DNA of 64,000 bases from Macrostomum lignano (Eukaryota): contig NIVC01000019.1 of assembly GCA_002269645.1 (NCBI GenBank), forward strand, positions 744,001-808,000. The letters are read 5' to 3'. A model generated the notes under the pieces. That model was not told the origin of the DNA. It did not search any database and was given only the letters and a program-made list of their open reading frames with translations. This document shows positions 10,715 through 23,924 of the stretch, one piece after another; the first letter of the stretch is position 1, and each line of letters starts with the position of its first letter. Position numbers and translations under genes: made by a program.

Positions 10715-11800
10715 CTGCAGGCACTCATACGTGATTGAGCCTCTATTCTGAGCCTTAGCTTCGGCCACCTCTTTGTAAGCCCGGTCTTGGCAGTCTGTGT
10801 TCCAGGCTAGAAAGTAGGCCATGAACTGCAGCGCACTGGATGTGGTCTCAAAACCGGCCAAAAACAGTGTTAGCGACTGAGCCAGCACCTCGTGCTCCGA
10901 CAGACCCTTGGCGCCCTGCTGTTCCGCCTCGCGTCTAGCTGTCACCATGGCAGCGAGGAAGTCTCTGTACTCGTCACAGTTGACTGAGGCCTCGCGTTCA
11001 ACCAGGGCGCGGCTGATCACGTCCTGAAAGAAGTTCAGATTTGCTTGCTTGAACAGGCTGATGCCGAAGCGCTTGAAAAGCGGCACGCTGATGCCCGGCA
11101 GCAGAAACAGCAGCCAGATCTTCCAGTTGCGGAAGTCAAAGTTGAATATTTCGCTCCCGTTCCGGTTGAACTCGTTCTCGGGATTCTCCTGGGTGTTGAT
11201 CTGTAAGCCGAACAGCGTGCAGGCCACCGCGTCCATTGTGAAGTTTGTAAAGTAGGCTTTCACATCCACAACGCTGCCCTCTGCTTTCAGCAGGCTGTCG
11301 CAGAGCTGCCGCGCGCTCTGCTCAACCAGCGGGAACATGACCTTCATCTTGCCGGAACTGAACGCTGGAGTCATCAGACTTCTAACCCGCTTCCATTCCT
11401 GACCCTTGAGAGTGAGTATACCCTTGTCCATCGGATAGGTCTCGTTGCCTAAAGTGCCCCTGTCTGTGAAGTTCTCCGACCGCTTGATGCAGATCTGCTT
11501 CAGCATGTCCGGATCGGCCACCACCAGCACTGGCCGGCGCATAAAGTAGGTGCCGTAGACCCGGCCGAACTCCTGCAGGTCGCCCAGCATCATCTGGCGG
11601 AAGCCGCCAAACTTCACAAACCGGAGCATGTCGCCAAGAATCGGCACCATGGTCGGGCCTTTCACACCGCGCTTCTTCCAGTACCTGTAGGGCCACGAGC
11701 CGTAGATGTACACAACGGCTGCGCCAAGAGCAGCACACACCATCCACCTGGGCACATGCAGTGGCAGTGCTGAAGTCGAAATTCGGCTCAATATTTGCAT
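10715..11800 (-). CDS. Cytochrome P450 (clan 3, CYP3A-like), exon 1
   Basis: N-terminal TM, WKKRGVKGP, WKRVRSLMTPAFSSGKMK and AGFETT I-helix; donor CAG|GTTAGT, 362 codons, phase 0. The joined protein is 511 aa. Confidence 0.95.
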
Positions 11801-14327
11801 CGCTTTTGTTTTTTTGAATCAATAGAATCTTGCGCTGGACTTTGTAGTAAGTATGGAGAGTGTCTCTTTTGAACTCCTTGTAATTTTGTCTTAAGGCAAA
11901 GGGTCCATGCAGGAAGCAATGTACATATGCTGATACATAGCTATAGAATCTCGGCACTCCACTCCGTTCCCGGCTTGCACACAGGAATGAGAGAGGCTGT
12001 ACAGGTTGTTATCTGGAGAGTGTACTAAAACGTACGTCAACAGAAGGCCTGGGCATGCAGACCAGTTCGTGCTTTTGATAAAAGTCGGTACAAAGTCTAC
12101 CCTGACGGTGCAGAGCTAAAGAAAAACAACTGGAAAGCACGTCAGGCTAATTCAAACTGAACTGTTGCTGTTAAGGTACATCAAAGTTTATATGATTTCG
12201 AATAAAAGTATCTGAATAAGTGTCATTTTAATTTCAATTAGTCACACTGAAACATCTGCTATTTAGTGTTTTTCAGTCAGCATCCATCAGTCATTTGTCT
12301 TTTTATTGATGGGTTTCGACCTTCGGGCTCCTTGTTAGGGAAGCCTTCGGGCCTCAGGCTCAGAAATAAATCAATTAGAGACCTGGCCCCCCACTCCTGT
12401 CAGATGGTCAGCCCCATGGTAGCTTGATCGTGTGGCGAGCAGTCTAGGTCCTATAGCTAAGAGAGGGACAGCGAGAGACGAGCAGGGAGAATTTTGAAAG
12501 TAGAAATTAGCTAATCCGCAGATCAACTAACTTGCTGCCACCAGCCCGTGCGCCCTGGCTCACCACACCGGGACTCTCGAAATCGGGCTTCCGACTAGAA
12601 GGGGCTTTGCACTTACCTGCCAACTAGTGTCTTTTTGCTGTCAATCTCGAAGTCATAGCCGATGATAAGGGACACTGCTGGGACTAGATCGCATTGGCCA
12701 TGCAGGTACAGAGGGGACTTGTGCAGGGGATTCTTGCGGTGGCGAGTCTATGGGGTAGCTACATGTACTATTACATTGCTAAATACGAAGATATGTACTT
12801 TTGGCCTTCAACGCGCCGACTAGCCTCTCATAGCGCTGATGATAGACTAACTCGAACTTCAGAGACCGCATGATTCATTTACCCGAGCCGCTTGGCTACC
12901 CTAGAGTGCACAAAGTACATCTCTGGCGCCGATTCTGCACTCCTGGCAGTTTCGCTAACTGATTTGATAGATTGATCGACTGAGAACTGCCTTGCCATTG
13001 GTCCACTGTGACCGGCGCCTACGAGCTTAGCTACTCATCTGAGCCATCGGCGAACAAAGAAATAAAACCGATAAAAATAACTGTTAGATTTAACCTTCTC
13101 CTTAGTTCACTTCACACTTCAGACTGAATTGGAGTCTTAGACTACTAGCAGTATTATTGAATGATTTCTGCCTCAGCAACAGCACTACTGAACAAAAGAG
13201 CAAAAGTGTGCGCCTAATCCAGCTACTGAAACAGGGGAAAGATAAGGGATCACCCAATCAAGCAAGTCTAGGTAGCCTCTCACCCAACCAATCAGAAACT
13301 CAACAGCCGGAGGCCAGGTAATCCACAGTGACCGAATCGGCTCGATGCTCTGCAGCTGTAGACTCGGAATGATGCTGTCACAATCTTCTCTGTTAGCTAG
13401 CAGGTGATGATCTTTGCTTGATGTTCGCTGCTGTCGACCGGGGGACTCGTCCTTGATGATGATGGGGGAAGTCGCAATCCGGGGATCAAGAAACGACGGT
13501 CGTGCTCTGGGAACCAGAAGTTGCGCGCTGGGCCCGAGCCAAAGTTGAGTCCGAGCGGGCCAAAAACTCCGGTTTAAATAGCCGCCAACTGGACCGCAGT
13601 TTGTTATAATGAAACACGTCGATTCTGATTGGCTGAGCCGTTTTGTTAAAAATGAGCGCCGAATTTTCTGATTGGCTAAGCTTGTTGCTACCCAGAATCA
13701 CGTGACCGAGAGATCCTATCAGTTCCCACATGGTCGTAAAAAGATGACAGGTGCGGCCATAAATCACTCAAAATCGCAACAAAATGATTTATGACCTTTC
13801 GCGTAGGATTGACAGACATTAATGAAAAAATATACATTAGAAAGCTCTTATTAAATAGAAAGTGAAGATAATGAAGAGAAATCGCTAATCGCTAATCCCA
13901 AAGTACTTTTAGGGGTAAAACGCATAGCTGTCAAAGCTGTCACACGCTTGAGTGAACACGAACAATAGGCTCTGACCTCATAAATCTTGATGGCCTGTCA
14001 AAATGATGAGAAAAAAGCTACCGCCCGCATCCTCTCAGACCATCTGGCGCCCGCTTCAACACTGAGTGAGGCGCAGGTGGCTGTCAGACCAACTTTGAAA
14101 GCGATGATTTATGACCCAAAAAGCTGCGCCTATGTTATTATGACTACTAGTATGACCAGACATTATATCTAGTATAGATTCTATGAAAATTCGCAGAAAA
14201 AGGATAAAAATGCCCATTGCCCACTGTTAGTAGGCAAGTAAGTTTAGAGCCCATGTGCTAGCGCGGGATTTGGGAAAAAGTGCGTCCTCATCATTATCCT
14301 TTATAAAACTAAATCTTGGTAGAGGTA

Positions 14328-15206
14328 TTGATAGGTAGATAGGTAGATAGGCTGATAGGTTGATAGGTTGATAGGTAGATAGGTTGATAGGTAGATAGGT
14401 TGATAGGTTGATAGGTAGATAGGTTGATAGGTTGATAGGTAGATAGGTTGATAGGTAGATAGGTAGATAGGTATGTTGATAGGTAGATAGGTTGATAGGT
14501 AGATAGGCTGATAGGTAGATAGGTTGATACGTAGATATGTTGATAGGTAGATATGTTGATAGGTAGATAGGTAGATAGGTAGATAGGTAGATAGGCTGAT
14601 AGGTAGATAGGCTGATAGGTAGATAGGTTGATAGGTAGATAGGCTGATAGGTAGATATGTTGATACGTAGATATGTTGATAGGTAGATATGTTAAGAGGT
14701 AGATAGGCTGATAGGTAGATATGTTGATAGGTAGATATGTTGATACGTAGATATGTTGATAGGTTGATAGGTTGATAGGTTGATAGGTTGATAGGTAGAT
14801 AGGCTGATAGGTAGATAGGTTGATAGATAGATATGTTGATACGTAGATATGTTGATAGGTTGATAGGTTGATAGGTTGATAGGTAGATAGGTAGATAGGC
14901 TGATAGGTAGATAGGCTGATAGGTAGATAGGTTGATAGGTAGATAGGTTGATAGGTAGATAGGTAGATAGGTATGTTGATAGGTAGATAGGTTGATAGGT
15001 AGATACGTTGATAGGTAGATAGGTTGATAGGTAGATAAGTTGATAGGTAGATAGGTTGATAGGTTGATGGGTACATAGGTTGATAGGTGGATAGGTATGT
15101 TGATAGGTAGATAGGTTGATAGGTATTTAGGTAGGTAGGTAGGTAGGTAGGTAGGTAGGTAGGTAGGTAGGTAGGTAGGTGGATAGATAGGTAGGTAGAT
15201 AGGTAA
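14328..15206. repeat. Compound tetranucleotide microsatellite (GATA/GGTA/GGTT)
   Basis: Continuous GATAGGTA/GATAGGTT tract ending in pure (GGTA)n. Confidence 0.95.
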
Positions 15207-15621
15207 GGTAAGCACATCTGGATGCCAAACAGGTCATCAATCACTCATTATTGCTTTATACTTCTAGCTCGTACTCTCTTAATGAGAAGTCTTTTTTTCT
15301 TTAAATTTCTGCTTGTTTTCAGCTACTGCAAGTACTAAACGGTGCATAAATACTCGTAAATTTGCATGGAATTACATAAATGTGAAGTCATGGACAGCTG
15401 GAGTAGGAGGCGAATCCAGTTCATCTGGCCGAAGTCCTGATCTTCAAATTAATGTAACCCTGACTGAATTTTTTCTTAGAAGTACAACTTCACAGGCTCG
15501 AAATTTCAAATCATTGAAAAATTTAAATGTGAGTCCCTTTCACTCGCTCGAAAAGTCTATCTTGTATGCTAAGCTCATGAGACCCCAGCTGATGCTAGCG
15601 ATGCTAGCATATCCAATGTGA

Positions 15622-16365
15622 ACTTGCCGATGTGACCTAGCCGATGTGAACTAGCACATGTGAACTAGCCGATGTGACCTAGCCGATGTGAACTAGCCGA
15701 TATGAACTAGCCGATGTGAACTAGCTGATGTGAACTAGCCGATGTGACCTAGCCGATGTGAACTAGCCGATATGAACTAGCCGATGTGAACTAGCTGATG
15801 TGAACTAGCCGATGTGAACTAGCCGATGTGAACTAGCCGATGTGAACTAGCCCATTTGAACTAGCCGATGTGAACTAGCCCATTTGAACTAGCCGATGTG
15901 AACTAGCCGATGTGAACTAGCCGATGTGAACTAGCCGATGTGAACTAGCCGATGTGAACTAGCCGATGTGAACTAGCCCATTTGAACTAGCCGATGTGAA
16001 CTAGCCGATGTGAACTAGCCGATGTGAACTAGCCGATGTGAACTAGCCGATGTGAACTAGCCGATGTGAACTAGCCGATGTGAACTAGCCGATGTGAACT
16101 AGCCCATGTGAACTAGCCGATGTGAACTAGCCGATGTGAACTAGCCGATGTGAACTAGCCCATTTGAACTAGCCGATGTGAACTAGCCGATGTGAACTAG
16201 CCGATGTGAACTAGCCGATGTGAACTAGCCGATGTGAACTAGCCGATGTGAACTAGCCGATGTGAACTAGCCGATGTGAACTAGCCCATGTGAACTAGCC
16301 GATGTGAACTAGCCCATTTGAACTAGCCGATGTGAACTAGCCCATGTGAACTAGCCGATGTGAAC
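15622..16365. repeat. 14-bp tandem repeat (GCCGATGTGAACTA)
   Basis: About 52 near-identical copies, with GCCCATTTGAACTA variants. Confidence 0.95.
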
Positions 16366-17631
16366 AGAGTTGGTCAAATTTCACATCTGATAAGCAAAAT
16401 TCCACCAATTTTCCTCTCATAAAAATAATATCCCAGACTTGAACCATAAGGTGCAACCTGAGCAAGAGGTGAAGCAACATTTAATTTGCAGTAGAAACTA
16501 CCCCGTTTACCTCAAACTGCCAGTCAGAGGTAGATTGTACCTTGCCCGTTCACAGTCTTGGTCACTCACTTCCTCGCACTGAGCTCAATGGTTGCTACTT
16601 TGCAACTTTGTTGAGTAGAAAAGGAGCAATATACTGCTCCAGCTCACCCCACTGGAATTTCAAATAATTAGTCTGCAGTAGCCACATAAATACAACATTT
16701 GTACTTAATACAATTTTCAGAACTGTAACCCCATTTTTCCAAAGAATGTGGTCGGCCGTCCGAACTCCAGTCGGGTTTAATCGGTTCAGACGATAGCTTA
16801 AAAATTTTTTTGTTAAGAAAACAGTGCTAATACCCGCGCACGCACCCACACACTGTCGTCCAACCCCCGAGGCCCAGATTCATCTCTCAGTCTGTTCTTC
16901 ACGCCATGCCCATTGTTGCTGAGCTCTTGCAAAGAAAATAGCTAACTAATACTCGGCATGCCTGCTCACGTTTTTTGTGAGACCTGCGCTAGTCTGAGGA
17001 GAGATGGGGCTGGGTTGATGCTGGGGTTGTATAGAAAACACCCCATCATCTGCTTATGTATAGGCAAGTAGACTCAAGCTATGCTATGGTCCGAGATTTG
17101 AGCCATTTTTCCAGGTTTTAGAATTTTCCACGCCAAACAGGTTTATGTCAAGAACTTTGAAAACTTTTCGTCCAATTTTGTTGGAATTTTTTCGAAAAGA
17201 AGGGAAAAATGAAAAAGTCAAATTCATGATTATTTAGCACTAGATTTTATTTAGTATTTATAGAGAATTAGCATACTAAAAAATAGTAAGGCTATAAGTG
17301 TACGTGCAAATTAGTTGAATAACCAAAAATGACACCTCACAACAGCCACCATTTACTGAATTGACAAATTCTGACAATGCCCCCTTTGATATATATTAAT
17401 CACAATACTGAATTAAGGCTGCTGTTGAAATAGTTCGATAATTGTCTAAATTCGAGTAGAAAATCTAGTAATTGAAGTTAATTTTTAATGAAATGAGATT
17501 AAAGTAGGAATTTTCCTAGGGATAAGTAAATAGCGGAAGTGGAAAAGCCCTTGCGAAAAAGTTCTCCCAAATTCGAACTCAGTCAGCCCCCCTTCTCTTA
17601 AGGTGTTGTTCGTCCGCAAATTCTGCCGCAT

Positions 17632-17802
17632 TTAGGTCTGGGGCGTCTTGAACACGATGAAGACCTGCTTGCCGATCTTGAAGATGTAGGAGAAGCCCGG
17701 CTGGAAGCCGAAGTAGCAGGAGAACTGGCCGTAGGCCACCATCACGTGCCACAGATTTCCGTACGCTCTGTCGAGGGCGATCTTGACTTGCTTGGACAGG
17801 TC
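17632..17802 (-). CDS. TAL-family (EF-hand + dynein light chain) protein, exon 2
   Basis: Acceptor TTTCAG|GAC; DLSKQVKIALDRAYGNLWHVMVAYGQFSCYFGFQPGFSYIFKIGKQVFIVFKTPQT*, a DLC-like domain. Confidence 0.88.
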   Translation of the reverse strand, partial: DLSKQVKIALDRAYGNLWHVMVAYGQFSCYFGFQPGFSYIFKIGKQVFIVFKTPQT

Positions 17803-17887
17803 CTGAAATTTTCAGCGGATCGACGCGTTGCAATGGTTGGGTTCTGAGGCGTGTCTGCATGGGGACCTAAACTGCTTGCAAACTTAC

Positions 17888-18217
17888 GCTCAGCTTGAGA
17901 TTCGGCGTAGCCAGCACATCCTTGGTGACCTTGACGACCTTCTCCTGCCAATCCATGGGCATGTCGCCGCTGACGTATTTCACGTCGTTCAACAACGATT
18001 TGGCGCTCTGCAGCTCTTCCGGCCGGATGTCAAGCACGTCACAGTAGGTCTCCATGGTGATCTCTCCAGCGTCCTCGGCGTCGAACACTTGGCGCCACTT
18101 GTCGATGAAGACATCATCGTGGCCCTTGGTCTGCAGATAGCGCACGAACTCGCTGGTCTCGATTTTTCCGCGCTGCTCGGAGTCGATGTCAACCCAGGCT
18201 TCCTTGAATGCCTCCAT
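17888..18217 (-). CDS. TAL-family (EF-hand + dynein light chain) protein, exon 1
   Basis: MEAFKEAWVDIDSEQRGKIETSEF..DKWRQVFDAEDAGEITMETYC (two EF-hands), then VKYVSGDMPMDWQEKVV (DLC start); donor AGC|GTAAGT, 85-bp intron, 166 aa total. Confidence 0.88.
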
Positions 18218-20779
18218 TTTGAGCTCAAGAGCGAAGTGACAGAATCGGGTAGTGCAAGAGCGGTGAGGAAACATCTTGGGCAGTGCCCGGGGGCATTTTT
18301 ATCTTGATGAAGCTAAGAGCCGCTGGATCCAACTGGATTGGCTGGGGCATCTCTCTCTATCTCGGCCGCAACTGTTGCCGCCGTTCGGGTGCCTGCATAA
18401 TAAAACGCTGCTGGGTAAAGAAATGCCAGCAAAAACTCGCATGAAAGAAGCAATAGAAATAAAATATGACAAAAGATTTGGGCGAGCCTTTCGCTGCATG
18501 ACTGACCAAATCTTATCCGAAAAAAAAGCGCGGCGGAGGCTGGACAGCTGCATTATTCAACGGAGAATGCCATCTCGGGCCAGCCCCATTGCGGGGGCAT
18601 TGTGTTCGGCACAATGGTAGAGGCCGCTCCTCGATCCAAGCCGACTGCTCTGCGCGGGTCGAGTGGAGAGCGGAGAGGCGCAGATGCGGCTAGATGGTCT
18701 AGACAAGTCTGGCCCATTCTGGTTGCAATTTCGCACTCGGTTGCTTTCTTTTGCCGAAGGAGTGGCCCGAGGCAAGCCGCGCCCTGGAAACACCACGCTT
18801 GAATGCGGGCGCCTGCTTTGGAGTAAATTTAAGATTTCTGTCCAACAAAATATGAAGCACGCCCTTTGAATCGTCTTGCAATTAAAATGAAAAAATGTGT
18901 ATTTAAAAGTAATTAGTTAAGATTGAAAGCTTAGTGACCGATAGGACTGTTTTAGAGTATGAATAAGTGGGCTAGTTCACTTGGACGTACGGTATTACGA
19001 ATTAAGATTATTTGGATCAAAGTTTTTGGAGAAATGAGCTTGAGCTTGAGCTTTAAAAAATCTGCAGGGCTCACATAGGCTGCTGGGTCACTGGGACGGA
19101 TCAAGCTTGGATTTCTCTTGGGAGGTCAACTGTTTTATTGCTTCATCACTGATCATTTTATCAGTTAATTGACTCTATTGCGTCCCAGGCAAGCTTAATA
19201 GCACCGTATCATTATCGCCACAGTGGATATTTAATTGACTCCTTAGCGTCCCAGGCAAGCTTAATAGCACCATATCATTATCGCCACAGTGGATATTCCA
19301 GTGCTATTTAGTGCCTCAGGCGGGATTTAAGAACCATATTTGTTTGTATGCAGGTGAGATTTGAAGACCCCCTGTAGGCGGATCCAGAAATTAAGGGGGG
19401 GGGGGCGGGACGACGGCACAAACCCCTATACATGTACAATGTACTCTGCTAAAACTAAAATGTCACTGGCAGTCAAATGACGGTATTCCTCATCTCAATA
19501 TCTTGTACCATTCTTTTCCCAGTAGTTTCAAGTTGAAAAACGCAGTTTTTTCTCCACTCTGGTGCACTGTGTCACCTTTTGCATGGTTCTGTGCTCTCGC
19601 ATAGACAGAAAAATACAGACCTCGCTTTGCTCTCGGCTTCCCTTTCTCTCTGTGTATATGCCGCTCGCCCAGCACATAGCTATAGCCTATATGAAGCCGA
19701 ACTTCATGCAAGGTCCCTCGCGAACATGCGTACTTATTTTGCAAAGACTGCATAGTTTTTAACAATGTTGTCAACCATTTATCTCACCGTCAGTCATTCA
19801 TGGTAGGCTATTAGGGTACCCTTGTTTTGTGTAGCACCTTGCCTACCCCCGTGCTTGCTGCCGGTTTGGGCTTTACAATTGCAAGCAAAGCAAGGCATTC
19901 GCTGATGCTTCGGATGCGTGCACTGGCGCTGCTATTATAGTAGCAATGTCGCTGCATTAGAGTCGCTTGGCAGGTGAGATGAGTCTCAATAGTAGTATGC
20001 ATGGGGCATCCTAATGTACAATTGTACCTTTCTATATACATTGATGCGATCAGGGAGAACTAAGACACTCCCTGGATACGGTGTTTTAATTTTATCAGCA
20101 TTGTTCACCGAAATAATTGATGCATAACATCACCAGTCAAAATAAACCAGAAAAACTGCAGTTGTTGAAAACAAATATCTCATTAGTTAAAAGTTAACTC
20201 ATAATGTCATCCAACGAGGCCGTCATACGGCTTTTAAATGTACATGTACATTACTTTTAGTACACATTAAGAATCAATAATTAATTGAGTCAAAAGATAT
20301 AATAGTATACCTTGTGAAACGTTGCACACGTGAAACGTGAAATGTCGGCCTAACTACAGCAGAAAAAGAAAGTTGGTTCTGTAATTTTTTAAAAGTATCT
20401 GAGATGACGGTCTAGCTACCGATCTTGCATCGGCAGTCGGAAGTGGTATGGCTAAACACATATGTTACATGCATGCGTGTACACATGTAGGGTCCCGTAC
20501 GCAAGACAGTTATGACCACCTAAAAATTAATGAGAATTCAAAATTAGCACTAAATATTTAAAAATTCTATCACTTACACAACTAAACACCAAACTAAAGT
20601 CGAAATTCTACTAAAATTGACTTGGCAGAGAATTGCGCACTACAGCAATTAATTAAGCTTCTTTCGGATTTATAACTGAAGACCCTTGGTTTCGGGGTCG
20701 GAAACTCATGTTGCTTTTGTTGCTTTGTTGTCCTGTCTTTGTGCACTGTAATATACCAAATGTAGAAAATACCTATTTG

Positions 20780-22680
20780 CTGGGTGCCGGCGACACCTCG
20801 GAGGAGCGCAAGAATGAATTGCGCGACTTCTTCGCTGGCATCGTGAACGCGCCCGCGTCGCCACTGCCTGCCAGCTTTGCGCTCCCACTGGACACGCCGC
20901 TCCCAGCTGAGGAGGACTTCTGCACCAGTCCAGTCACCACGGAGGACTTCTGCACCAGCCCAGTCACCACGGAGGGCTTCTGCACCAGCCCAGTCACCAC
21001 GGAGGACTTCTGCACCAGCCCAGTCACCACGGAGGACTTCTGCACCAACCCAGTCACCACGGAGGACTTCTACACCAGCCCAGTCACCACGGAGGACTTC
21101 TGCACCAGCCCAGTCACCACGGAGGACTTCTGCACCAACCCAGTCACCACGGAGGACTTCTACACCAGCCCAGTCACCACGGAGGACGTTGTGCTGTTCG
21201 CTCGGAAAACATCAGGCGGCAAGGCGCTCGGCCCCGACGAAGTTCCGGTCGAAGCGCTGCGGCTGCGCTGTGTGGCCTCCCAGATCACAGGCGTCATGAA
21301 CCGCGTGCTCGCCGGCGCCCCCGTGCCCACCGAGTGGACCGTCGCGCACATCGTTCCCATCCCGAAGAAGGCAGGGACAACGCGGATAGAAGACTACCAC
21401 GGGATCTCACTGATGTCCTGCACCGCGAATCTCTTCAACTGGCTGCTGCTCGATCGTCTGCAGTCGGTGCTGGACCCGTACCTGCGGTAAGAGCAGAACG
21501 GATTCCGGCCGCAGCACGGTACAGTGACAGATCCTCGCACTCCGCCGTGTCATCGAGGAGGCGCGCATCCGCCAGTCTACGCTGATCATTGTCTTCGTTG
21601 ACTTGCGGAAGGCGTTTGACTCGGTGTTGAGAGCCGCGCTTCCCTTTGTCCTTTGAGCCTACCGGGTACCCCAGCAGCTAATCGACGCTGTCATGGCGCT
21701 GTATTGCAACACTCGAGAGCTGCTTTGGTGACGGCGGACGGCCTGTCTGACCTGTTCGACACTTCATCAGGAGTTTTGCAGGGCGACACGCTGGCGCCGT
21801 TCCTCTTCGGCTGACGACGGCTTCCTGCTGCGCAGACGCATCGGTCGCCGCCACGGCGAAAAGCGCCTAAGCGTGCTTGGCTACGCTGACGACCTCGCCC
21901 TCCTGTCCTCGTCCGTTGAAGGCGCCCAGCGCCAGATCGACAGGCTGGTCGAGGTGGCATCGAGCGTCGGTCTGGTTGTCACAACGCTGAAGACCGAGGT
22001 GCTGACTGTGCCGGCCGACATCCCAGCGGACCTGACTTGCCGCGGCGCAGACGGGTAGACGACCAGGCTCGTACGCTGCCAGCAGTTGATCACCTACCTC
22101 GGCGGTCTGGTGCCTCACGTGGAGGAAAACCTAGCTCCGGCGGCGCAGAGGACTTGTTCGGGCGGCCTTCCGTTCGATCTAGGCCGTCATACAGTCCGAA
22201 GCGCTGCCCGACCGCCAGAGTGCTCGGCCTTGGCAGGCGTTGGTCGGAACCCTACTGCTCTATAACGCTGTGACATGACGCTAACGGCTACGCTAGAGCG
22301 GCAGCTGGACTCGGCGCACTCAGGGCTGCTCCATGCGGCCTTTCGAGCTGACGAGAGCGTCGGGACCGAGGCCCTGTAAATGTACGATCGGGCCAAGCTG
22401 CAGCGCCCGTCCATCATCCTGCGCCGGCGGCGACTTCAACTGGCGGGCCACGTGATCCGGGCCGAGGGCTACTGCCTCCAACCTGTTCAATACGTCCTGC
22501 TCACCTTGCAAGGGCCCGTTCAGGCGGGGTCAGACCCATCGATACATGTACGTAGATTTGTCTCCTATGCGACGCCGGGGCGCCCGACACTGCCAACGGG
22601 GCAGACTTCGTCCACTCTCAGGCTCTGCGGCGCGCCATCTTACGCACCCTGCTCTACTGTGACCTTGCACGCGGGGCTGC
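20780..22680 (+). mobile_element. Decayed RTE-like non-LTR retrotransposon (RT domain, 5' truncated)
   Basis: GKALGPDEVPVE, AHIVPIPKK, YHGISLMS, EQNGFRP, VFVDLRKAFDSV, GVLQGDTLAPFLF and LGYADDLALL motifs, with stops and frameshifts. Confidence 0.9.
20912..21187 (+). repeat. 30-bp minisatellite inside the LINE ORF (EDFCTSPVTT x9)
   Basis: Nine in-frame copies of GAGGACTTCTGCACCAGCCCAGTCACCACG followed by GAGGAC. Confidence 0.95.
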
Positions 22681-22866
22681 GTAATTTGTTGTTAACTAGC
22701 TGTGAATTGAAAGAATTTAGAAAAAATCTGGATTACTTATATGAAAGTTAATATATAAGAGTCCAACACAAACGATCGTGTATACTAACGAATCAGTCGA
22801 CAAAATTATAATGGACAACTTTGATTTTCAAATTACATGTACATGTATGCATGACGTGCACTTAAG

Positions 22867-23201
22867 CGGGGCGTCGCCATGGATACTATTGGAGTGGGGG
22901 ACAAAGCCAATAATTCAACATGTTTCATGTACATGCATAAACTCCCACTAAATTTCTATTATTTTGTGAATCGTGTTGTTAGCGCTCATTTTGTCGCCGC
23001 AGGTACTCATTTTAGCGCCGCAGGCACCTATTTTGGCGCCGAAGGTGCTATATTTTGTTGGCACCCTGAAGAAAAATTATTGATTACCACAACGGGTCAC
23101 ACAAGATGGGGTGCAAAGCATTGGCATGTCTCCCCCGGCCCATAGCTTTTACTGGGGGGGGGGGAGCATGTCCGTCCTGTCCCCCCCTTGCGAAGCGCCT
23201 G
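22867..23201. mobile_element. Small hAT-like MITE
   Basis: Ends CGGGGCGTCGCCA / TGCGAAGCGCCTG; 8-bp flanks CACTTAAG (22859-22866) and CACTCAAG (23202-23209). Confidence 0.5.
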
Positions 23202-23924
23202 CACTCAAGCGTACATACAATTCCGCGCCATGTAACTACAATTGAAGTCACTACAGGTGTAAAAAGTTTCGGTACTGAATTTTCTGTTAGATTTTCTAGC
23301 TATTATTCATCTAATAAAATCATTGCTTTATTATAAAGAAGACAACAGCGCATAAGCAAGTGGTTTTCCGGGTTTTATATGATTTTTAAATACAGTACTT
23401 TCTTAGAACTACATTGTTTATAATAAAGTAAGCAGATTATTCTAGTCATGTTAAGCATAATTGTCCTTGACTCTAAAAATTTATCATTAATATTAATACA
23501 ATATATATTAGAGTATTCCCTTAATAAAGGTCAAAACACTTTCTTCCCTAAATATTGACAGCCGGTAATTTAAAGTGAATGCTATGCTCAATTTTCATTC
23601 ATGAGCGTTAAATAATTCTCTATTGCATACGAGTGTCGATTTATTATCAGTCACGAACGACAAAATGAATGCAATTTACAACCAAAATAAAATAAAAATA
23701 TCTTAGACATTTGCTAGCCTTAGGTCAATTATATGTGCATTTGCCATTAAATTCATAAAAATTATAATACTATTCCCTTGTCTAGGCTAGGGCCTAGGCC
23801 TAGCCTAGCCTACCTAATATTGATTGCCAATTTGCCAGTATTAGTCTATGTATAAGTATAAGATATTATATAATATTGGGTCTTCTTTTATATTAGTAAT
23901 ATTTAGTTGACATCTCTCTAAAAA

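Noticed and set aside
12305-12365. Minus-strand ..GAGCCCGAAGGTCGAAAC..AATAAA resembling a Penelope/retrozyme end
   Set aside because: The CUGANGA core has three substitutions and no stem I was found; too weak on its own.
14301-15244. Two ~300-aa ORFs (YLSTYLPI)n
   Set aside because: Translation of a GATA/GGTA microsatellite.
18276-18881. CpG-rich segment with several short ORFs upstream of the TAL gene
   Set aside because: No recognisable protein or RNA motif in any frame; left unannotated.
20676-20705. CTGAAGACCCT..GGGGTCGGAAAC hammerhead-like motif before the LINE
   Set aside because: The core spacing is wrong, and stems I and III could not be formed.
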